64,000 nucleotides of DNA from Alphaproteobacteria bacterium (lineage in GTDB: Bacteria > Pseudomonadota > Alphaproteobacteria > SP197), in assembly GCA_965221115.1 (NCBI GenBank), contig CBDCRU010000001.1, positions 1,636,912 through 1,700,911 on the forward strand. The letters are read 5' to 3'. The notes beneath the pieces were generated by a model that made no database searches, was not told where the DNA came from, and saw only the letters and a program-made list of their open reading frames with translations. The translations under genes were made by a program, and so were the position numbers. Positions 20,618 through 33,532 of the stretch are shown piece after piece. Every line of letters starts with the position of its first letter. The first letter of the stretch is position 1.

Positions 20618-21225
20618 GCCAGTCCCATGGACGTCCAGGTGCGCCGGAACACCAGCCCGACACGTTCACCTTCACGAAGGCCAATCTCGATGAGGCAGAG
20701 CGGATCATGGCGCGGTACCCGGCAGGCCGTGCCGCAAGTGCGGTCTTGCCGTTGCTCGACCTCGCACAGCGTCAGGTGGGCTGGGTGCCTGTCGCTGCCA
20801 TGGACACGGTAGCCAACATGCTCGCCATGCCGCGTATCCGGGTGTACGAGGTGGCCACCTTCTACACGATGTTCAACCTGGAGCCGGTGGGGCGCTATCT
20901 GGTTCAGGTCTGCACCACCACGCCCTGCATGCTGCGCGACAGTGACGCCATCGTGGAGGCCTGCCGCAACCGGCTTGGCATCGATTTCGATGAAACCACG
21001 CCCGACGGCCTCTTCACGCTAAAGGAAGTCGAGTGTCTCGGCGCATGCGTCAATGCTCCGATGGTGCAGATCAATGACGACTACTACGAGGATCTCGATG
21101 CCGGCAGCATGGTTGCCGTCCTGGACGCGCTGGCCAGCGGAGAAACGCCGCAGACGGGGCCCCAGGGCGGGCGTCACGCATCGGAGCCGCAGTCGGGTCC
21201 GCGAACGCTCATCGGTGGAGACTGA
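20614..21225 (+). CDS. nuoE: NADH-quinone oxidoreductase subunit E (24 kDa, 2Fe-2S)
   Basis: ...[35 protein letters not shown]...[22 protein letters not shown] with Cys motifs. ATGA overlap with nuoD stop. The track ORF 5' extension is rejected. Confidence 0.9.
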   Translation: MSQSHGRPGAPEHQPDTFTFTKANLDEAERIMARYPAGRAASAVLPLLDLAQRQVGWVPVAAMDTVANMLAMPRIRVYEVATFYTMFNLEPVGRYLVQVCTTTPCMLRDSDAIVEACRNRLGIDFDETTPDGLFTLKEVECLGACVNAPMVQINDDYYEDLDAGSMVAVLDALASGETPQTGPQGGRHASEPQSGPRTLIGGD

Positions 21226-21228
21226 GTC

Positions 21229-22518
21229 ATGCTGCAGGACAGTGACCGCATCTTCACCAACCTCTACGGCTTCCAGAGCCCCTTCCTGGACGCTGCGAGA
21301 AAACGGGGAGACTGGGACGGCACAGGCCAACTGCTGGCGCGGGGCGCGGCCGACATCATCAGCGAAGTCAAGGCATCGGAGTTGCGCGGCCGAGGCGGCG
21401 CCGGATTCCCGACCGGCCTCAAGTGGTCGTTCATGCCGGCTGAGCGCCCTTCCGGCCAACCGGCCTTTCTCGTTGTGAATGCGGACGAGAGCGAGCCTGG
21501 TACCTGCAAGGACCGCGACATCATCCGCCATGATCCTCACAAGCTCATCGAGGGCTGTCTTGTCGCCGGCTTCGCCATGCGGGCGACAGCAGCCTACATC
21601 TATATCCGTGGCGAGTTCGTGAATGAGGCAAAGGTGCTCCAGGCTGCGATTGACGAAGCGCTGGAGGCCGGTCTGATCGGACGCAATGCCTGCGGTTCGG
21701 GGTACGACTTCGATATCCATCTCCACCGCGGCGCCGGAGCCTACATCTGCGGTGAGGAGACGGCCCTCCTCGAGAGTCTCGAGGGCAAGAAGGGCATGCC
21801 ACGCCTCAAGCCGCCTTTTCCGGCCATGGCGGGTCTCTACGGATGTCCGACGACCATCTCCAATGTCGAGACTGTGGCCGTGGCACCGACCATCATGCGC
21901 CGTGGCGCCTCCTGGTTTGCTGGCCTGGGCGAACCGAAAAACACCGGTACCAAGATCTTCTGCATCTCCGGTCACGTGAACGAACCCTGCAATGTCGAGG
22001 AGGAGATGGGAATTCCTCTCAAGGAACTCATCGAGCGGCATGCGGGGGGCGTCAGGGGAGGCTGGGACAACCTTCTTGCCGTCATCCCGGGTGGCTCCTC
22101 CGTTCCCCTCATCCCCAAGTCGATCTGTGACGACGTGGCGATGAATTTCGACCGCTTGAAAGACGTTCAGTCGGGCCTCGGCACAGCCGCCGTCATCGTC
22201 ATGGACCGCTCCACCGACATCGTTCGGGCCATCTGGAGGCTGTCGAAGTTCTACCACCACGAAAGTTGCGGCCAATGCACTCCTTGCCGTGAAGGGACCG
22301 GATGGATGATGCGTGTTCTCGGACGCATGATCGAGGGCCGCGCGGAACCAAGCGAGATCGACCTGCTGCAGGAGGTCACGACCCAGATAGAGGGTCACAC
22401 GATCTGCGCCCTGGGTGATGCTGCGGCATGGCCGATCCAGGGCCTGATACGCCACTTCCGCCCCGAACTGGAACGGCGCATCGAGACCTGTCGCCGGAAC
22501 GCCAGGCAGGCGGCATGA
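21229..22518 (+). CDS. nuoF: NADH-quinone oxidoreductase subunit F (51 kDa, FMN/NADH-binding)
   Basis: ...[15 protein letters not shown]... and [15 protein letters not shown] 4Fe-4S motif. 429 aa. Confidence 0.95.
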   Translation: MLQDSDRIFTNLYGFQSPFLDAARKRGDWDGTGQLLARGAADIISEVKASELRGRGGAGFPTGLKWSFMPAERPSGQPAFLVVNADESEPGTCKDRDIIRHDPHKLIEGCLVAGFAMRATAAYIYIRGEFVNEAKVLQAAIDEALEAGLIGRNACGSGYDFDIHLHRGAGAYICGEETALLESLEGKKGMPRLKPPFPAMAGLYGCPTTISNVETVAVAPTIMRRGASWFAGLGEPKNTGTKIFCISGHVNEPCNVEEEMGIPLKELIERHAGGVRGGWDNLLAVIPGGSSVPLIPKSICDDVAMNFDRLKDVQSGLGTAAVIVMDRSTDIVRAIWRLSKFYHHESCGQCTPCREGTGWMMRVLGRMIEGRAEPSEIDLLQEVTTQIEGHTICALGDAAAWPIQGLIRHFRPELERRIETCRRNARQAA

Positions 22519-24578
22519 CGGCCATGGCGGAAACGGTCACCATCACGGTCGACGGCGTCGAAATCGAGGTCGACCGCCGCTTGAGCCTGCTTCAGGCCTG
22601 TGAACTGGCTGGCGCGGAAGTCCCGCGTTTCTGTTTCCACGACAGGCTATCGATTGCCGGCAACTGCCGCATGTGCCTTGTCGAGGTGGAGAAGGCGCCC
22701 AAGCCGGTCGCATCATGCGCCCAGTCGCTCATGGACGGCATGGTGGTTTCCACGAGAAGTGCGGTGGCGAGGAAGGCCCAACGGAGCGCCATGGAGTTCC
22801 TGCTCATCAACCACCCTCTCGACTGTCCGATCTGCGATCAGGGAGGAGAGTGCGACCTGCAGGATCAGGCCATGGGATATGGCGCGGGAATCAGCCGTTA
22901 CGGGGAACAGAAGCGGTCGGTCCAGGAGAAGAACTTCGGACCCCTTATCAAGACCGCGATGACCCGCTGCATTCACTGTACGCGCTGCATCCGCTTTCTT
23001 GACGAGGTCGCCGGTGTTCCCGCCCTGGGCGCTACCGGACGCAGCGAGTCGATGGAGATCACGAACTACATTGAACAGGGCATCGCCAGCGAACTCTCAG
23101 GCAACATCATTGATCTGTGCCCCGTGGGGGCGCTCACCTCCGGGCCATACGCTTTCGTGGCGCGGCCCTGGGAACTTGTGACGACAGAGTCCGTTGACGT
23201 GATGGATGCCACGGGCAGCAATGTACGCGTCGATTCGAGAGGCCGCGAGGTTCTGCGAGTCCTGCCGCGCCTGCATGAGGACATCAACGAGGAGTGGATT
23301 TCGGACAAGACCCGCTTTGCCATCGACGGTCTAGTAAGGCGTCGGCTTGACCAGCCCTGGGTGCGGAGCGGGAAGGGGCTGGAAGAGGCTTCCTGGGAAC
23401 AGGCCCTGGGCGCGATTTCCTGCCGCCTCGAAAGTCGCGATGCAGATCGTGTCGCCACCATCGCCGGTGATCTCGTCGATTGCGAGACCATGTTCACCAT
23501 GAAGCAGCTGATGGTTGCCATCGGTTCCCCGCACCTGGACTGCCGGCAGGACGGCATGGCTGCCGACCCTGACGTGCGTGCCTCCTGGCTCTTCAACAGT
23601 ACCATCGCCGGCATCGAGGATGCCGATGCCTGTCTGTTGATCGGCGCGCTGCCGCGGCGTGAGGCCGCCATCATCAATGCGCGTCTGAGGAAGCGCTGGC
23701 TTGCCGGCGGATTTTCCGTTGCCAGTATCGGGCCTGCAGATGATCACGCCTATCCGGTGACCGAACTGGGCAACGAGGTCGACACGCTGCGCCGTATCGA
23801 GGCAGGCGACTCACCATTTGCCGGGGCCACAAAACCACTGGTGCTCGTCGGCAAGGGCGCACTGGCGCGAGTCGATGGAGCGGCGGTACTGGGCGCCGCG
23901 GCACGCATTGCCGATGTGCTTGGCGCGGTCCAGGAGGACTGGAACGGTTTTGGTGTCCTCAACGTGGCGGCATCGCGGGTAGGTGGTCTCGATCTAGGAT
24001 TTGTGCCCGCAGAGGGTGGCCTTGACACCGCCGGCATACTCGCCGGCGCGGGATCGGCGATTGATACCGTCTTCCTGCTGGGGGCCGATGAGGTCGACAC
24101 CTCGAATCTCCGGGGCGCCTTCGTCGTCTACATCGGCCATCATGGTGACCGGGGTGCCGCCATTGCCGACGTCATCCTGCCGGCGGCGGCATGGACGGAG
24201 AAGGACGCCACCTACGTCAATCTCGAGGGGCGGCCACAGCGTGCCCAGCGTGCCGTGTTCCCGCCTGGTGAGGCCCGCGAGGACTGGCGCATCCTGCGTG
24301 CCCTTTCCGGATACCTCGGTGCGCCGCTGCCCTTTGACGATCTCGATAGCCTGCGCCAGGCAATGACCGAAGAGGTGCCGCACCTCGGCGACATTGACTC
24401 GATCACGCCAGCACCCTGGCAATGCTTCGGTCCCACGGGGGAAATGACGGACGCGCCATTTGTCCCGGCTGTCGACAACTTCTATCGGACCTGTACGATC
24501 AGCCGTGCCTCGCCAACCATGGGCCTTGCCACGGAAGCCTTTCTTTCCGGCTCAGCGCAGAGCGAGTCATGCAGTTGA
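22515..24578 (+). CDS. nuoG: NADH-quinone oxidoreductase subunit G (75 kDa)
   Basis: N-terminal 2Fe-2S and 4Fe-4S cysteine clusters ([15 protein letters not shown]..., [28 protein letters not shown]). 687 aa from ATG 22515 (ATGA overlap with nuoF). Confidence 0.93.
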   Translation: MTAMAETVTITVDGVEIEVDRRLSLLQACELAGAEVPRFCFHDRLSIAGNCRMCLVEVEKAPKPVASCAQSLMDGMVVSTRSAVARKAQRSAMEFLLINHPLDCPICDQGGECDLQDQAMGYGAGISRYGEQKRSVQEKNFGPLIKTAMTRCIHCTRCIRFLDEVAGVPALGATGRSESMEITNYIEQGIASELSGNIIDLCPVGALTSGPYAFVARPWELVTTESVDVMDATGSNVRVDSRGREVLRVLPRLHEDINEEWISDKTRFAIDGLVRRRLDQPWVRSGKGLEEASWEQALGAISCRLESRDADRVATIAGDLVDCETMFTMKQLMVAIGSPHLDCRQDGMAADPDVRASWLFNSTIAGIEDADACLLIGALPRREAAIINARLRKRWLAGGFSVASIGPADDHAYPVTELGNEVDTLRRIEAGDSPFAGATKPLVLVGKGALARVDGAAVLGAAARIADVLGAVQEDWNGFGVLNVAASRVGGLDLGFVPAEGGLDTAGILAGAGSAIDTVFLLGADEVDTSNLRGAFVVYIGHHGDRGAAIADVILPAAAWTEKDATYVNLEGRPQRAQRAVFPPGEAREDWRILRALSGYLGAPLPFDDLDSLRQAMTEEVPHLGDIDSITPAPWQCFGPTGEMTDAPFVPAVDNFYRTCTISRASPTMGLATEAFLSGSAQSESCS

Positions 24579-25597
24579 TCGCAGATTGGACCTGGCACCT
24601 GGTCCTGGTGCTGCTCGCCATTGCGGCGATCCTCGTTCCGCTCCTGGTGAGCGTTGCCTTTCTCACCTACGCGGAACGCAAGGTCATGGCGGCGATGCAG
24701 TTGCGCCGCGGTCCGAACATCGTCGGTCCCTTCGGATTGCTCCAGCCCTTTGCCGATGCCGGCAAGCTGCTCCTGAAGGAAACCATCATTCCCGCAGGTG
24801 CCAACCGCGTCATCTTCATCCTCGCACCGATGGTCACCTTCGTCATCGCCATGGTGGGGTGGGCAGTGATTCCCCTTGGTGAGAGCGCTTCAGGGGTCTG
24901 GACCCTTGCCAACATCAATGTCGGCATCCTCTATCTCTTTGCCGTTTCGTCGCTCGGTGTCTATGGCATCATCATGGCAGGCTGGGCCTCGAATTCACGC
25001 TACGCTTTCCTCGGAGCCCTGCGCTCGGCGGCGCAGATGGTCTCGTACGAGGTATCCATCGGCTTTGTCCTCGTCGCCGTTCTCGTGTGTGTCGGTTCAC
25101 TCAATCTTGCCGATATCGTCCGCTCCCAGAGCGGCGGATTCTGGTCATGGTACATCGTACCCCTGTTCCCACTCTTTGTGATCTTCTTCATCTCCGCGCT
25201 GGCGGAGACAAACCGTGCACCCTTTGATTTGCCGGAGGCGGAGTCGGAACTCGTTTCCGGTTACAACGTTGAGTATTCGGCCATGACCTTCGCCCTGTTC
25301 TTCATGGGCGAATACGCCAACATGGTTCTCCTTTCGGGGCTCGCTACCACACTCTTCCTGGGCGGTTGGCTACCTCCCTTCGAGAGTCCGTGGCTGGACT
25401 GGATTCCCGGACCGTTGTGGTTCCTCCTCAAGACGGCTCTCATGCTCTTCGTCTTCATCTGGGTAAGGGCAACATTCCCGCGTTACCGTTATGATCAACT
25501 CATGCGCCTTGGATGGAAGGTCTTCCTTCCGCTTTCACTGGCGGCGGTCGTAGTGGTAGCCGGTGCGCTGCAGGTGTTCGGATGGCTGCCACGATGA
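24569..25597 (+). CDS. nuoH: NADH-quinone oxidoreductase subunit H
   Basis: ...[36 protein letters not shown]... is the NuoH/ND1 signature. Internal ATG 24569 overlaps nuoG 3' end. 342 aa. Confidence 0.93.
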   Translation: MQLIADWTWHLVLVLLAIAAILVPLLVSVAFLTYAERKVMAAMQLRRGPNIVGPFGLLQPFADAGKLLLKETIIPAGANRVIFILAPMVTFVIAMVGWAVIPLGESASGVWTLANINVGILYLFAVSSLGVYGIIMAGWASNSRYAFLGALRSAAQMVSYEVSIGFVLVAVLVCVGSLNLADIVRSQSGGFWSWYIVPLFPLFVIFFISALAETNRAPFDLPEAESELVSGYNVEYSAMTFALFFMGEYANMVLLSGLATTLFLGGWLPPFESPWLDWIPGPLWFLLKTALMLFVFIWVRATFPRYRYDQLMRLGWKVFLPLSLAAVVVVAGALQVFGWLPR

Positions 25598-25619
25598 CAT
25601 CCGGGCAGGAGGACAAGGG

Positions 25620-26108
25620 ATGACCGCTTTCCGCCGAGCGATTCGCACATTGCTGCTCACGGAACTGGTTGCCGGCCTGATGAGGACATTCAGCTACCTC
25701 TTCCGGAGGCGGGCGACCATCAACTATCCCTTCGAGAAGGGGCCATTGTCGCCCCGTTTCCGTGGGGAGCATGCCTTGCGGCGTTATCCTAACGGCGAGG
25801 AGCGGTGCATTGCGTGCAAACTGTGCGAGGCCGTCTGTCCGGCCCAGGCGATCACCATTGAGGCGGAGCCTCGTGAGGATGGCAGTCGCCGTACCACCCG
25901 CTATGACATCGACATGACAAAGTGCATCTATTGCGGGTTCTGCGAGGAAGCCTGTCCGGTAGACGCCATCGTCGAGGGACCGAACTTCGAGTTCGCCACG
26001 GAAACCCGCGAGGAACTGTTCTATGACAAGGAACGGCTTCTCGCCAATGGTGACCGCTGGGAGAAGGAAATTGCGGCGCGGCTTGCCGCCGATGCCCCCT
26101 ACAGGTGA
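25620..26108 (+). CDS. nuoI: NADH-quinone oxidoreductase subunit I (2x[4Fe-4S] ferredoxin)
   Basis: Two CxxCxxCxxxCP motifs ([24 protein letters not shown]). AGGAGGA SD upstream of ATG 25620. Confidence 0.93.
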   Translation: MTAFRRAIRTLLLTELVAGLMRTFSYLFRRRATINYPFEKGPLSPRFRGEHALRRYPNGEERCIACKLCEAVCPAQAITIEAEPREDGSRRTTRYDIDMTKCIYCGFCEEACPVDAIVEGPNFEFATETREELFYDKERLLANGDRWEKEIAARLAADAPYR

Positions 26109-26116
26109 CAGGCGCC

Positions 26117-26728
26117 ATGATTCTCCAGACACTCGCGTTCTATCTTTTCGCCGCGATTCTGCTGTTTTCGGCCGTTGTCGTGATATCTGCGCGCAACCCT
26201 GTGCACTCCGTGCTCTGCCTGATACTCGCCTTTTTTAATGCGGCGGCCCTGTTCATTCTGATAGGCGCCGAGTTCCTGGCCATGATTCTGGTCATCGTCT
26301 ACGTAGGCGCTGTCGCCGTTCTCTTCCTCTTCGTGGTCATGATGCTCGACATCGATCTTGCCGAGATGCGCCAGGGCTTTCTCAACTATCTTCCCATCGG
26401 CGCCCTTGTCGGCCTTGTCCTGCTCATTGAACTCATCATCGTCGCCGGGTTGTGGCAGTACGAGCCAGCCATGGCAGGCGGACTGGCAGAGCCCGTGCCG
26501 CCCCTTGAGGTACGCAGCAACACGGCTGCTCTCGGCGACGTGCTCTATACCCGCTATGCGCTTCTCTTCCAGGCTGCCGGCATCATTCTCCTCATCGCCA
26601 TGATCGGAGCCATCGTGCTGACGCTGCGTCATCGCCAGATCAAGCGTCAGCGAATTGGCGATCAGGTCCGCCGGCGTCCCGAGGACGTGATCAGACTCCA
26701 CGACGCACGGCGCGGGGAGGGGGTCTGA
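26117..26728 (+). CDS. nuoJ: NADH-quinone oxidoreductase subunit J
   Basis: Hydrophobic 203-aa protein with the ND6-like pattern. ATG 26117 preferred; GTG 26105 is an in-frame alternative. Confidence 0.88.
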   Translation: MILQTLAFYLFAAILLFSAVVVISARNPVHSVLCLILAFFNAAALFILIGAEFLAMILVIVYVGAVAVLFLFVVMMLDIDLAEMRQGFLNYLPIGALVGLVLLIELIIVAGLWQYEPAMAGGLAEPVPPLEVRSNTAALGDVLYTRYALLFQAAGIILLIAMIGAIVLTLRHRQIKRQRIGDQVRRRPEDVIRLHDARRGEGV

Positions 26729-26729
26729 C

Positions 26730-27038
26730 ATGGTTGTCGGGCTTGAACATTATCTGGCACTGGCGGCGATCCTGTTTACCCTGGGAATCCTCGGCATCTT
26801 TCTCAACCGCAAGAACGTGATCATCATCCTGATGTCCGTTGAGTTGATGCTGCTCGCCGTCAATATCAATCTGGTGGCCTTTTCCGTCGAGCTCGGTGAC
26901 CTTGTCGGACAGGTCTTCGCCATGTTCGTGCTGACCGTCGCCGCCGCTGAGGCGGCCATCGGCCTGGCCATCCTCGTCGTCTTCTTCCGCAACCGCAGTT
27001 CCATTGCGGTGGAAGACATCTCGACGATGAAGGGTTAG
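26730..27038 (+). CDS. nuoK: NADH-quinone oxidoreductase subunit K
   Basis: 102 aa, three TM, ...[18 protein letters not shown]... ND4L pattern. Confidence 0.92.
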   Translation: MVVGLEHYLALAAILFTLGILGIFLNRKNVIIILMSVELMLLAVNINLVAFSVELGDLVGQVFAMFVLTVAAAEAAIGLAILVVFFRNRSSIAVEDISTMKG

Positions 27039-27044
27039 TCAGCC

Positions 27045-28985
27045 GTGCTTCACGCCGTCGCCGTTGTCTTTCTGCCTCTTCTGGGCGCCGTGATCTCAGG
27101 CTTCTTCGGACGCTGGCTGGGGGACCGCATCGCACCCGTTCTGGCGTCGGTGCTGCTGGTGGCATCGGCTGTTCTTGGTTGGATCGTCTTCTTTCAGCTC
27201 ACGGGCTCCGCGGAACATGTCACGGTGCATCTCTTCACGTGGATCGACTCCGGCAGTTTCGAGGTCAGCTGGGCGATTGCGCTGGATCAGGTGACCGCTG
27301 TCATGCTGGTGGTGGTGACCACGGTATCTGCCGTCGTCCATGTCTATTCCCTGGGCTACATGGCGCACGACCCCCACCGGCCGCGGTTCTTTGCCTATCT
27401 GTCCCTCTTCACCTTTGCCATGCTGATGCTGGTGACGGCCGACAACTTTGTGCAGATGTTTTTCGGCTGGGAGGGTGTCGGCGTCTGCAGCTACCTGCTG
27501 ATCGGATTCTGGTACAAGAGACCGAGCGCCAATGCCGCGGCTATCAAGGCCTTCATTGTCAACCGGATCGGGGACTTCGGCCTCGCGCTCGGCATCATGG
27601 GTGTCTTTCTGGTGTTCGACACGGTGGCCTTCGATGCCGTCTTCGCTGCGGTTCCCGACGTGGCAGGGACATCCCTCTCCTTCTTGTCGATGGAAGTCGA
27701 CACGCTGACTCTGCTCTGTCTGCTCCTGTTTGTTGGCGCCATGGGAAAGTCGGCACAGGTACCTCTGCATACCTGGCTTCCTGACGCCATGGAGGGACCG
27801 ACCCCGGTGTCGGCTCTGATCCACGCTGCCACCATGGTCACGGCCGGCGTGTTCATGGTGGTGCGCCTGTCACCAATGTTCGAGTTCGCGCCCGCAGCGC
27901 TGTGGGTGGTGACCATCGTCGGCGCGTCGACGGCAATCTTCGCGGCGACCGTTGGCCTGGCACAGAATGACATCAAGCGCGTTATCGCCTATTCGACCTG
28001 CAGCCAGCTTGGGTACATGTTCCTTGCCTGCGGCGTCGGGGCCTACCCGGTGGCGCTCTTCCACCTCTTCACCCATGCCTTCTTCAAGGCCCTGTTGTTC
28101 CTGGGATCCGGTGCGGTCATTCACGCCGTCGGCGGCGACCAGGACATGCGCCGGATGGGAGGACTGTGGCGCCGCATGCCCGTGACCTATGCCTACATGT
28201 GGATTGGCAGTCTCGCTCTCGCCGGCATCCCGGTGTTTGCCGGCTACTGGTCGAAGGACCTCATCATCGAATCGGCCTGGGTGACGGATGGATTTGCCGG
28301 TGGATATGCGTTCTGGATCGGCGTTGGCGCAGCCTTCCTCACGGCGCTCTACTCGTGGCGCCTGATCATCATGACATTCCACGGCACCCCTCGGATGACG
28401 GCCGAGGTGCTCGAGCATGTCCACGAGGCACCCCGCGTCATGTGGGTGCCGCTGCTGGTTCTCGCCGGTGGCGCCCTAGTTGGCGGATTGCCGATGCTGG
28501 GCGGACACATGGTGGATCATGGCGGCGGAGAGTTCTTTGGATCGTCGATCCTGATGCTGGGCGAGAATGTCATCGAGAAGGCCCACCACGACACACCTTT
28601 CGCCATCAAGGCGCTTATCCTTGTGGTGGCGACAGGAGGGATCGTGGCCGCCTGGTGGGCCTATGTGAGAAGACCGACCCTGCCGGAGCACCTTGCCTCC
28701 CGCTTTTCCCGCAGTCACCGCTTTCTTCTCAACAAGTGGTATTTCGACGAGATCTATGAAGCCCTGCTGGTGCGGCCGGCGAAACGGGTCGGCCTGGGGC
28801 TCTGGAAGACGGGAGATGGCGACGTGATCGACGGTCTGGGTCCTGACGGAGTTGCCGGCGCCACCCTTTCCCTGGCGCGCCGCGCCAGGATCCTGCAGTC
28901 AGGCTATCTCTACCACTACGCCTTTGCCATGCTGATTGGCCTCGTTGTGCTGGCCAGCTGGTTCCTTTTCAGGATCTGGGGCTAG
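27045..28985 (+). CDS. nuoL: NADH-quinone oxidoreductase subunit L
   Basis: 646-aa antiporter-like subunit (…[26 protein letters not shown]…). GTG start. Confidence 0.93.
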   Translation: MLHAVAVVFLPLLGAVISGFFGRWLGDRIAPVLASVLLVASAVLGWIVFFQLTGSAEHVTVHLFTWIDSGSFEVSWAIALDQVTAVMLVVVTTVSAVVHVYSLGYMAHDPHRPRFFAYLSLFTFAMLMLVTADNFVQMFFGWEGVGVCSYLLIGFWYKRPSANAAAIKAFIVNRIGDFGLALGIMGVFLVFDTVAFDAVFAAVPDVAGTSLSFLSMEVDTLTLLCLLLFVGAMGKSAQVPLHTWLPDAMEGPTPVSALIHAATMVTAGVFMVVRLSPMFEFAPAALWVVTIVGASTAIFAATVGLAQNDIKRVIAYSTCSQLGYMFLACGVGAYPVALFHLFTHAFFKALLFLGSGAVIHAVGGDQDMRRMGGLWRRMPVTYAYMWIGSLALAGIPVFAGYWSKDLIIESAWVTDGFAGGYAFWIGVGAAFLTALYSWRLIIMTFHGTPRMTAEVLEHVHEAPRVMWVPLLVLAGGALVGGLPMLGGHMVDHGGGEFFGSSILMLGENVIEKAHHDTPFAIKALILVVATGGIVAAWWAYVRRPTLPEHLASRFSRSHRFLLNKWYFDEIYEALLVRPAKRVGLGLWKTGDGDVIDGLGPDGVAGATLSLARRARILQSGYLYHYAFAMLIGLVVLASWFLFRIWG

Positions 28986-28990
28986 GTACG

Positions 28991-30508
28991 ATGTCGCAGT
29001 GGCCCCTGCTTTCCCTGGCTACCTTCCTGCCACTGGTTGGTGCGGCCTTCGTGTTGCTGACGCGTGGCGACAACGCGGAAGCCGTTGCCCGCAACACCCG
29101 CTACGTTGCCCTGTGGACGTCCCTTGTCGTCCTCGTGGTCGTTCTTCTCATCTGGGCCGCTTTCGACACCACCACGGCGGAATTCCAGTTTGTCGAAAGG
29201 GCGCCGTGGATTCCGGCTTTCGGCATCGAGTTTTACCTTGGCGTTGACGGCATTTCCCTCTTTCTGATCGTGTTGACGGCCTTCCTGGTGCCCGTCTGCA
29301 TTCTCTGTTCGTGGGACTCCATCCGCGCTCGGGTGAGGGAATACATGATCGCCTTCCTGGTCATGGAGTCCTTCATCATCGGAGTCTTCTGCGCTCTCGA
29401 CTTCGTCCTCTTCTATCTCTTCTTTGAGGCGATGCTGATCCCGATGTTCCTGATCATCGGCATCTGGGGCGGGCCACGGCGCATCTACTCGGCATTCAAG
29501 TTCTTTCTCTACACTCTCGTCGGTTCGGTGTTGCTGCTGGTGGCGGTGCTGACGATGTACTTCGAGGCCGGCACGACCAGCATCCCCACCCTCATGAACT
29601 GGGGATTCGATGAGGATCTGCAACGCTGGCTGTGGCTGGCCATGTTCGCCTCGTTCGCGGTCAAGGTGCCGATGTGGCCGTTCCACACGTGGTTGCCGGA
29701 TGCCCATGTCGAGGCGCCGACGGCGGGATCCGTCATCCTCGCTGGCATCCTGCTCAAAATGGGAGCATACGGGTTTCTCAGGTTTTCCCTGCCGATGTTG
29801 CCAGAGGCATCGGTCTATTTCTCGCCGCTGGTCTATTCCCTGTCGATCATCGCCATCATCTATACCTCCCTTGTGGCACTGATGCAGGAGGACATGAAGA
29901 AGCTCATTGCCTATTCCTCGGTGGCTCACATGGGATTCGTGACCATCGGACTCTTCACCATGAATCAGCAGGGAATTGAAGGCGGCCTCTTCCAGATGCT
30001 GTCCCACGGGGTTGTCTCGGCCGCTCTCTTTCTCGTGGTCGGTGTCGTCTATGACAGGATGCACAGCCGCCTGATTGCCACTTACGGCGGCCTCGTTCAC
30101 CGCATGCCGCGCTATGCCCTGGTCTTCATGGTGTTCATGCTGGCTTCCGTAGGCCTGCCTGGCACTTCGGGATTCATCGGTGAGTTTCTGGTTCTCGTCG
30201 GCGCGTTCCAGGCCAACACCTGGGTGGCGTTCCTGGCCACCACGGGAATTGTGCTGGGCGCGGCCTACATGCTGTGGCTCTACCGGCGCGTCGTGTTCGG
30301 TGATCTCGTGAAAGCGGAACTGAAGTCGATCAGCGACTGCAACAGACGCGAGATGTTGTTCTTCGTACCGCTGGTAGCGGCTGTGCTGATCATGGGTATC
30401 TGGCCGGAGTCACTGCTCGACGCCATGCACGTGTCGGTCGCCAACCTTGTCGAACAGACCGCGGGAGCGAACGAAGCGGTGTCCTTCGCCATGGGAGACG
30501 GCGGGTGA
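28991..30508 (+). CDS. nuoM: NADH-quinone oxidoreductase subunit M
   Basis: 505-aa antiporter-like subunit (…[25 protein letters not shown]…). Confidence 0.93.
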   Translation: MSQWPLLSLATFLPLVGAAFVLLTRGDNAEAVARNTRYVALWTSLVVLVVVLLIWAAFDTTTAEFQFVERAPWIPAFGIEFYLGVDGISLFLIVLTAFLVPVCILCSWDSIRARVREYMIAFLVMESFIIGVFCALDFVLFYLFFEAMLIPMFLIIGIWGGPRRIYSAFKFFLYTLVGSVLLLVAVLTMYFEAGTTSIPTLMNWGFDEDLQRWLWLAMFASFAVKVPMWPFHTWLPDAHVEAPTAGSVILAGILLKMGAYGFLRFSLPMLPEASVYFSPLVYSLSIIAIIYTSLVALMQEDMKKLIAYSSVAHMGFVTIGLFTMNQQGIEGGLFQMLSHGVVSAALFLVVGVVYDRMHSRLIATYGGLVHRMPRYALVFMVFMLASVGLPGTSGFIGEFLVLVGAFQANTWVAFLATTGIVLGAAYMLWLYRRVVFGDLVKAELKSISDCNRREMLFFVPLVAAVLIMGIWPESLLDAMHVSVANLVEQTAGANEAVSFAMGDGG

Positions 30509-31971
30509 TGGCTGCCTTCCTCTCGCACGACCTCCTCGCCATCCTGCCGGCGCTCTGGCTTGCCATCGCCGGCATGGCGTTGCTGATGGCGGGCGTCTTC
30601 ATCTCCAGGAGTGTGTCCCAAATTGTCTTCTGGGGAGCTGTGGCATCCCTGGTGATTGCCGGAATTCTGGCTGTCATGTCGCCTGTCGGCGAGCAACCCT
30701 TCGACGGCCTTCTCGTCATCGACGCCTTTGGACGGTTCATGACCGTACTGGTGGTGACAGGCGCCGTGCTGGCCCTGATCATGGCCCGTGGATTCATGCG
30801 CCGGGAATCCATGGAGCGTTTCGAGTTGCCGGTGCTGGTGGTCCTGGCCACGCTCGGCATGTACCTGATGGTTCAGGCCAACGACCTCATGACACTCTAT
30901 GTCGGTCTGGAAATGCAGAGTCTGGCGCTCTATGTGTGCGCGGCATTCCAGCAGGACAAACTGCGATCCACCGAGGCCGGTCTCAAGTACTTCGTGCTGG
31001 GCGCTGTTGCATCCGGCATGCTGCTCTATGGCTGCTCGCTGGTCTACGGATTCTCGGGTACGACGTCCTTCCAGGGAATTGTTGCGTCTCTCGAGGTTGG
31101 CGGTGAGTCCACCGGCATTCTCGTCGGCGCTGTCTTCATTGCCGCCGGTCTCGCCTTCAAGATATCCGCCGTGCCCTTCCACATGTGGACTCCCGATGTC
31201 TACGAGGGGGCGCCCACGCCCGTCACCGCTTTTTTCTCGGCGGCGCCGAAGGTGGCAGCCATGGCACTCCTGGTCCGGGTGCTCATCGACCCCTTCGCCG
31301 CACTCGTCGATCACTGGCAGCAGATAATCTTCCTTCTCGCCGTGGGGTCCATGGCCCTTGGCGCACTGGGCGCCATCGGCCAGCGCAACATCAAGCGGCT
31401 GATGGCCTACAGTTCCATCGGGCATGCCGGTTTTGCCCTGGTCGGCCTTGCGGCGGGAAGCGAAGCCGGGGTTCACGGCGTGGCCGTCTATCTGGCCATC
31501 TATCTTGTCATGGGCTTGGGAACCTGGGGCTGCATCCTTGCCATGCGCCGTGACGGCGCCATGGTGGAGGGAATCGATGATCTCGCAGGGCTGTCGCGCA
31601 GCCAACCGGCCCTGGCCCTGGCCCTGGCCGTCTTCATGTTTTCAATGGCGGGCATCCCGCCACTCGCCGGTTTCTTCGGCAAGTTCTATGTCTTCCTTGC
31701 GGCCATTGAAGCCGGACTCTACACGCTCACAGTGATCGGAGTGCTGATGAGCGTGGTGGGCGCCTTCTACTACATCAGGATCGTCAAGCTCATGTATTTC
31801 GATGAACCGGCGGATGCCTTTGACCGTCCGGTGGGTCGCGATCTGGTGCCCGTGATCGCCGTAACAGCGGTCGCCACAGTCGGCTTCTTCCTGTTTTCCG
31901 ATCCTCTGCTCGACAGCGCCCGGAATGCTGCTGCCACCCTTGTCGCCGGCTTGAGCCCATCGGGTCAATGA
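30505..31971 (+). CDS. nuoN: NADH-quinone oxidoreductase subunit N
   Basis: 488-aa antiporter-like subunit (…[23 protein letters not shown]…). Overlaps nuoM stop. Confidence 0.92.
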   Translation: MMAAFLSHDLLAILPALWLAIAGMALLMAGVFISRSVSQIVFWGAVASLVIAGILAVMSPVGEQPFDGLLVIDAFGRFMTVLVVTGAVLALIMARGFMRRESMERFELPVLVVLATLGMYLMVQANDLMTLYVGLEMQSLALYVCAAFQQDKLRSTEAGLKYFVLGAVASGMLLYGCSLVYGFSGTTSFQGIVASLEVGGESTGILVGAVFIAAGLAFKISAVPFHMWTPDVYEGAPTPVTAFFSAAPKVAAMALLVRVLIDPFAALVDHWQQIIFLLAVGSMALGALGAIGQRNIKRLMAYSSIGHAGFALVGLAAGSEAGVHGVAVYLAIYLVMGLGTWGCILAMRRDGAMVEGIDDLAGLSRSQPALALALAVFMFSMAGIPPLAGFFGKFYVFLAAIEAGLYTLTVIGVLMSVVGAFYYIRIVKLMYFDEPADAFDRPVGRDLVPVIAVTAVATVGFFLFSDPLLDSARNAAATLVAGLSPSGQ

Positions 31972-32753
31972 ACGTCAGGCTGCCTTTGCCCTTTCGCCTG
32001 GTCGAACGCGACGCGGTGACGAGTACCAATGACGCTGCCATCGAACTGGCAGAAGCAGGGGCAGCTGCCTGGACCGTGGTCCGCGCACGCCTCCAGACGA
32101 GCGGCCGCGGCCGCAGGGGACGGGTGTTCGTGTCGCCGCCGGGCAACTCCTACACATCCTTCATTCTCAAACCCCGCGTCAGTTCACGCAATCTCCCGCA
32201 AATGTCCCTCATCGCCGGCGTGGCGGTCGCCGAGTCGATCGAGGCATCGGCGCCGGAAGTGGCGCCGGCGCGCTGCAAGTGGCCCAATGACATCCTCTTG
32301 AATGACGCCAAGGTGGCAGGGATTCTGGTGGAGACAGGTGGTGACGCAGTGATTGTCGGAATCGGCATCAATCTCGTCAGCCACCCGGGCATCAGGGATG
32401 CCATCGCCACGGATCTCGCAAGCGAGGGAGCTCCCGGGGTAGACCGCGATGTCCTGCTTGCCACGCTCTGCCGTTGTCTGAAGGAACGGGTGACGGACTG
32501 GGAGAATTCCGGATTCGATTCCCATCGTCACGCATGGCTCGACCGAGCTGCTGGCATCGGCGCCCGTGCCTTTCTCAGTGGAGACACCTCCATGGAGGGC
32601 AAGGTTGTAGGACTTGCGCATGACGGAGCGCTGATCATGGAGTCGGACGGCCGTCACATGCGGGTTGTTTCCGGAACCCTGCGACTGGCGTCAGCCACGC
32701 ACCGGCGGCCGGGGAAGATCCCGAATCGAGCCGCGTCGGAGGCCCAGCCATGA
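31968..32753 (+). CDS. birA: biotin--[acetyl-CoA-carboxylase] ligase, group I (no N-terminal HTH)
   Basis: ...TSGRGRRGRVFVSPPGNSY...KWPNDILLNDAKVAGILVE... is the BPL catalytic core. 261 aa. nuoN-birA-coaX-rnj synteny. Confidence 0.85.
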   Translation: MNVRLPLPFRLVERDAVTSTNDAAIELAEAGAAAWTVVRARLQTSGRGRRGRVFVSPPGNSYTSFILKPRVSSRNLPQMSLIAGVAVAESIEASAPEVAPARCKWPNDILLNDAKVAGILVETGGDAVIVGIGINLVSHPGIRDAIATDLASEGAPGVDRDVLLATLCRCLKERVTDWENSGFDSHRHAWLDRAAGIGARAFLSGDTSMEGKVVGLAHDGALIMESDGRHMRVVSGTLRLASATHRRPGKIPNRAASEAQP

Positions 32754-33532
32754 AGGACCTGCTTCTGGCCATCGATGCGGGCAACACCAATACCGTGTTT
32801 GCCGTCTTCCGGGGTGAGGACCTTGTGGGACAGTGGCGGATCAGCGCCAATACCGGTCGCACCGCTGATGAACACGCTGTATGGCTCCATCACCTCCTGG
32901 GCCTGAATGGCCTTGATGCTGGGGCCATCAGTGATGCGGTGATCGCAAGCGTCGTCCCCCACGGCATTCATGAGCTCAAGCTCCTGTGCCGTCGTCATCA
33001 CCACTGCGAACCGGTTGTCGTGGGAGAATCGGCACGCTTGGGTATCCCGCTCAGGATCGATATGCCGGACGAGGTGGGTGCGGATCGACTGGCGAACGTG
33101 GTCGGCGCGTGGACGCGTCTGGGCGGTCCCCTGATCATCATTGACTTTGGCACAGCGACCACGTTTGACGTCGTCGATGAGGATGGCGGATTCGCCGGAG
33201 GTGTCTTCGCCCCCGGTGTCAATCTCGCTCTCGACGCCATGCACCGGATTTCTGCCCGGCTGCCGCGAATTGGCATAGACAGGCCGCAGCGGGTCATCGG
33301 CACAAACACTGTCAGTTGCATGCAGTCGGGCGCCTACTGGGGCTATGTGAGCCTCATTGAGGGCGTGGTCGGCCGTATCCGCGCCGAATACGGCAAGCCG
33401 ATGAAGGTTGTGGCGACCGGCGGTCTGGCGCCCCTGTTCGATGCGGCGACCGATAGTATCGACAGGTTCGATCCCGATATCACCGTCTACGGTCTGCTGG
33501 AAATCTGGCGGCGTACGAGAAACAGCCCTTGA
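32750..33532 (+). CDS. coaX: type III pantothenate kinase
   Basis: MKDLLLAIDAGNTNTVFAV...IIDFGTATTFD... is the Bvg accessory factor / CoaX signature. Confidence 0.88.
   Translation: MKDLLLAIDAGNTNTVFAVFRGEDLVGQWRISANTGRTADEHAVWLHHLLGLNGLDAGAISDAVIASVVPHGIHELKLLCRRHHHCEPVVVGESARLGIPLRIDMPDEVGADRLANVVGAWTRLGGPLIIIDFGTATTFDVVDEDGGFAGGVFAPGVNLALDAMHRISARLPRIGIDRPQRVIGTNTVSCMQSGAYWGYVSLIEGVVGRIRAEYGKPMKVVATGGLAPLFDAATDSIDRFDPDITVYGLLEIWRRTRNSP

Noticed and set aside
21019-22455. 478-aa minus-strand ORF antisense to nuoF; likewise 45147..46556(-), 48570..49682(-), 55189..56463(-), 30280..31605(-), 39919..41049(-), 38386..39225(-)
   Set aside because: All lie antisense to strongly supported housekeeping CDSs, have biased low-complexity composition and no family signature. 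They are treated as GC-driven spurious ORFs.
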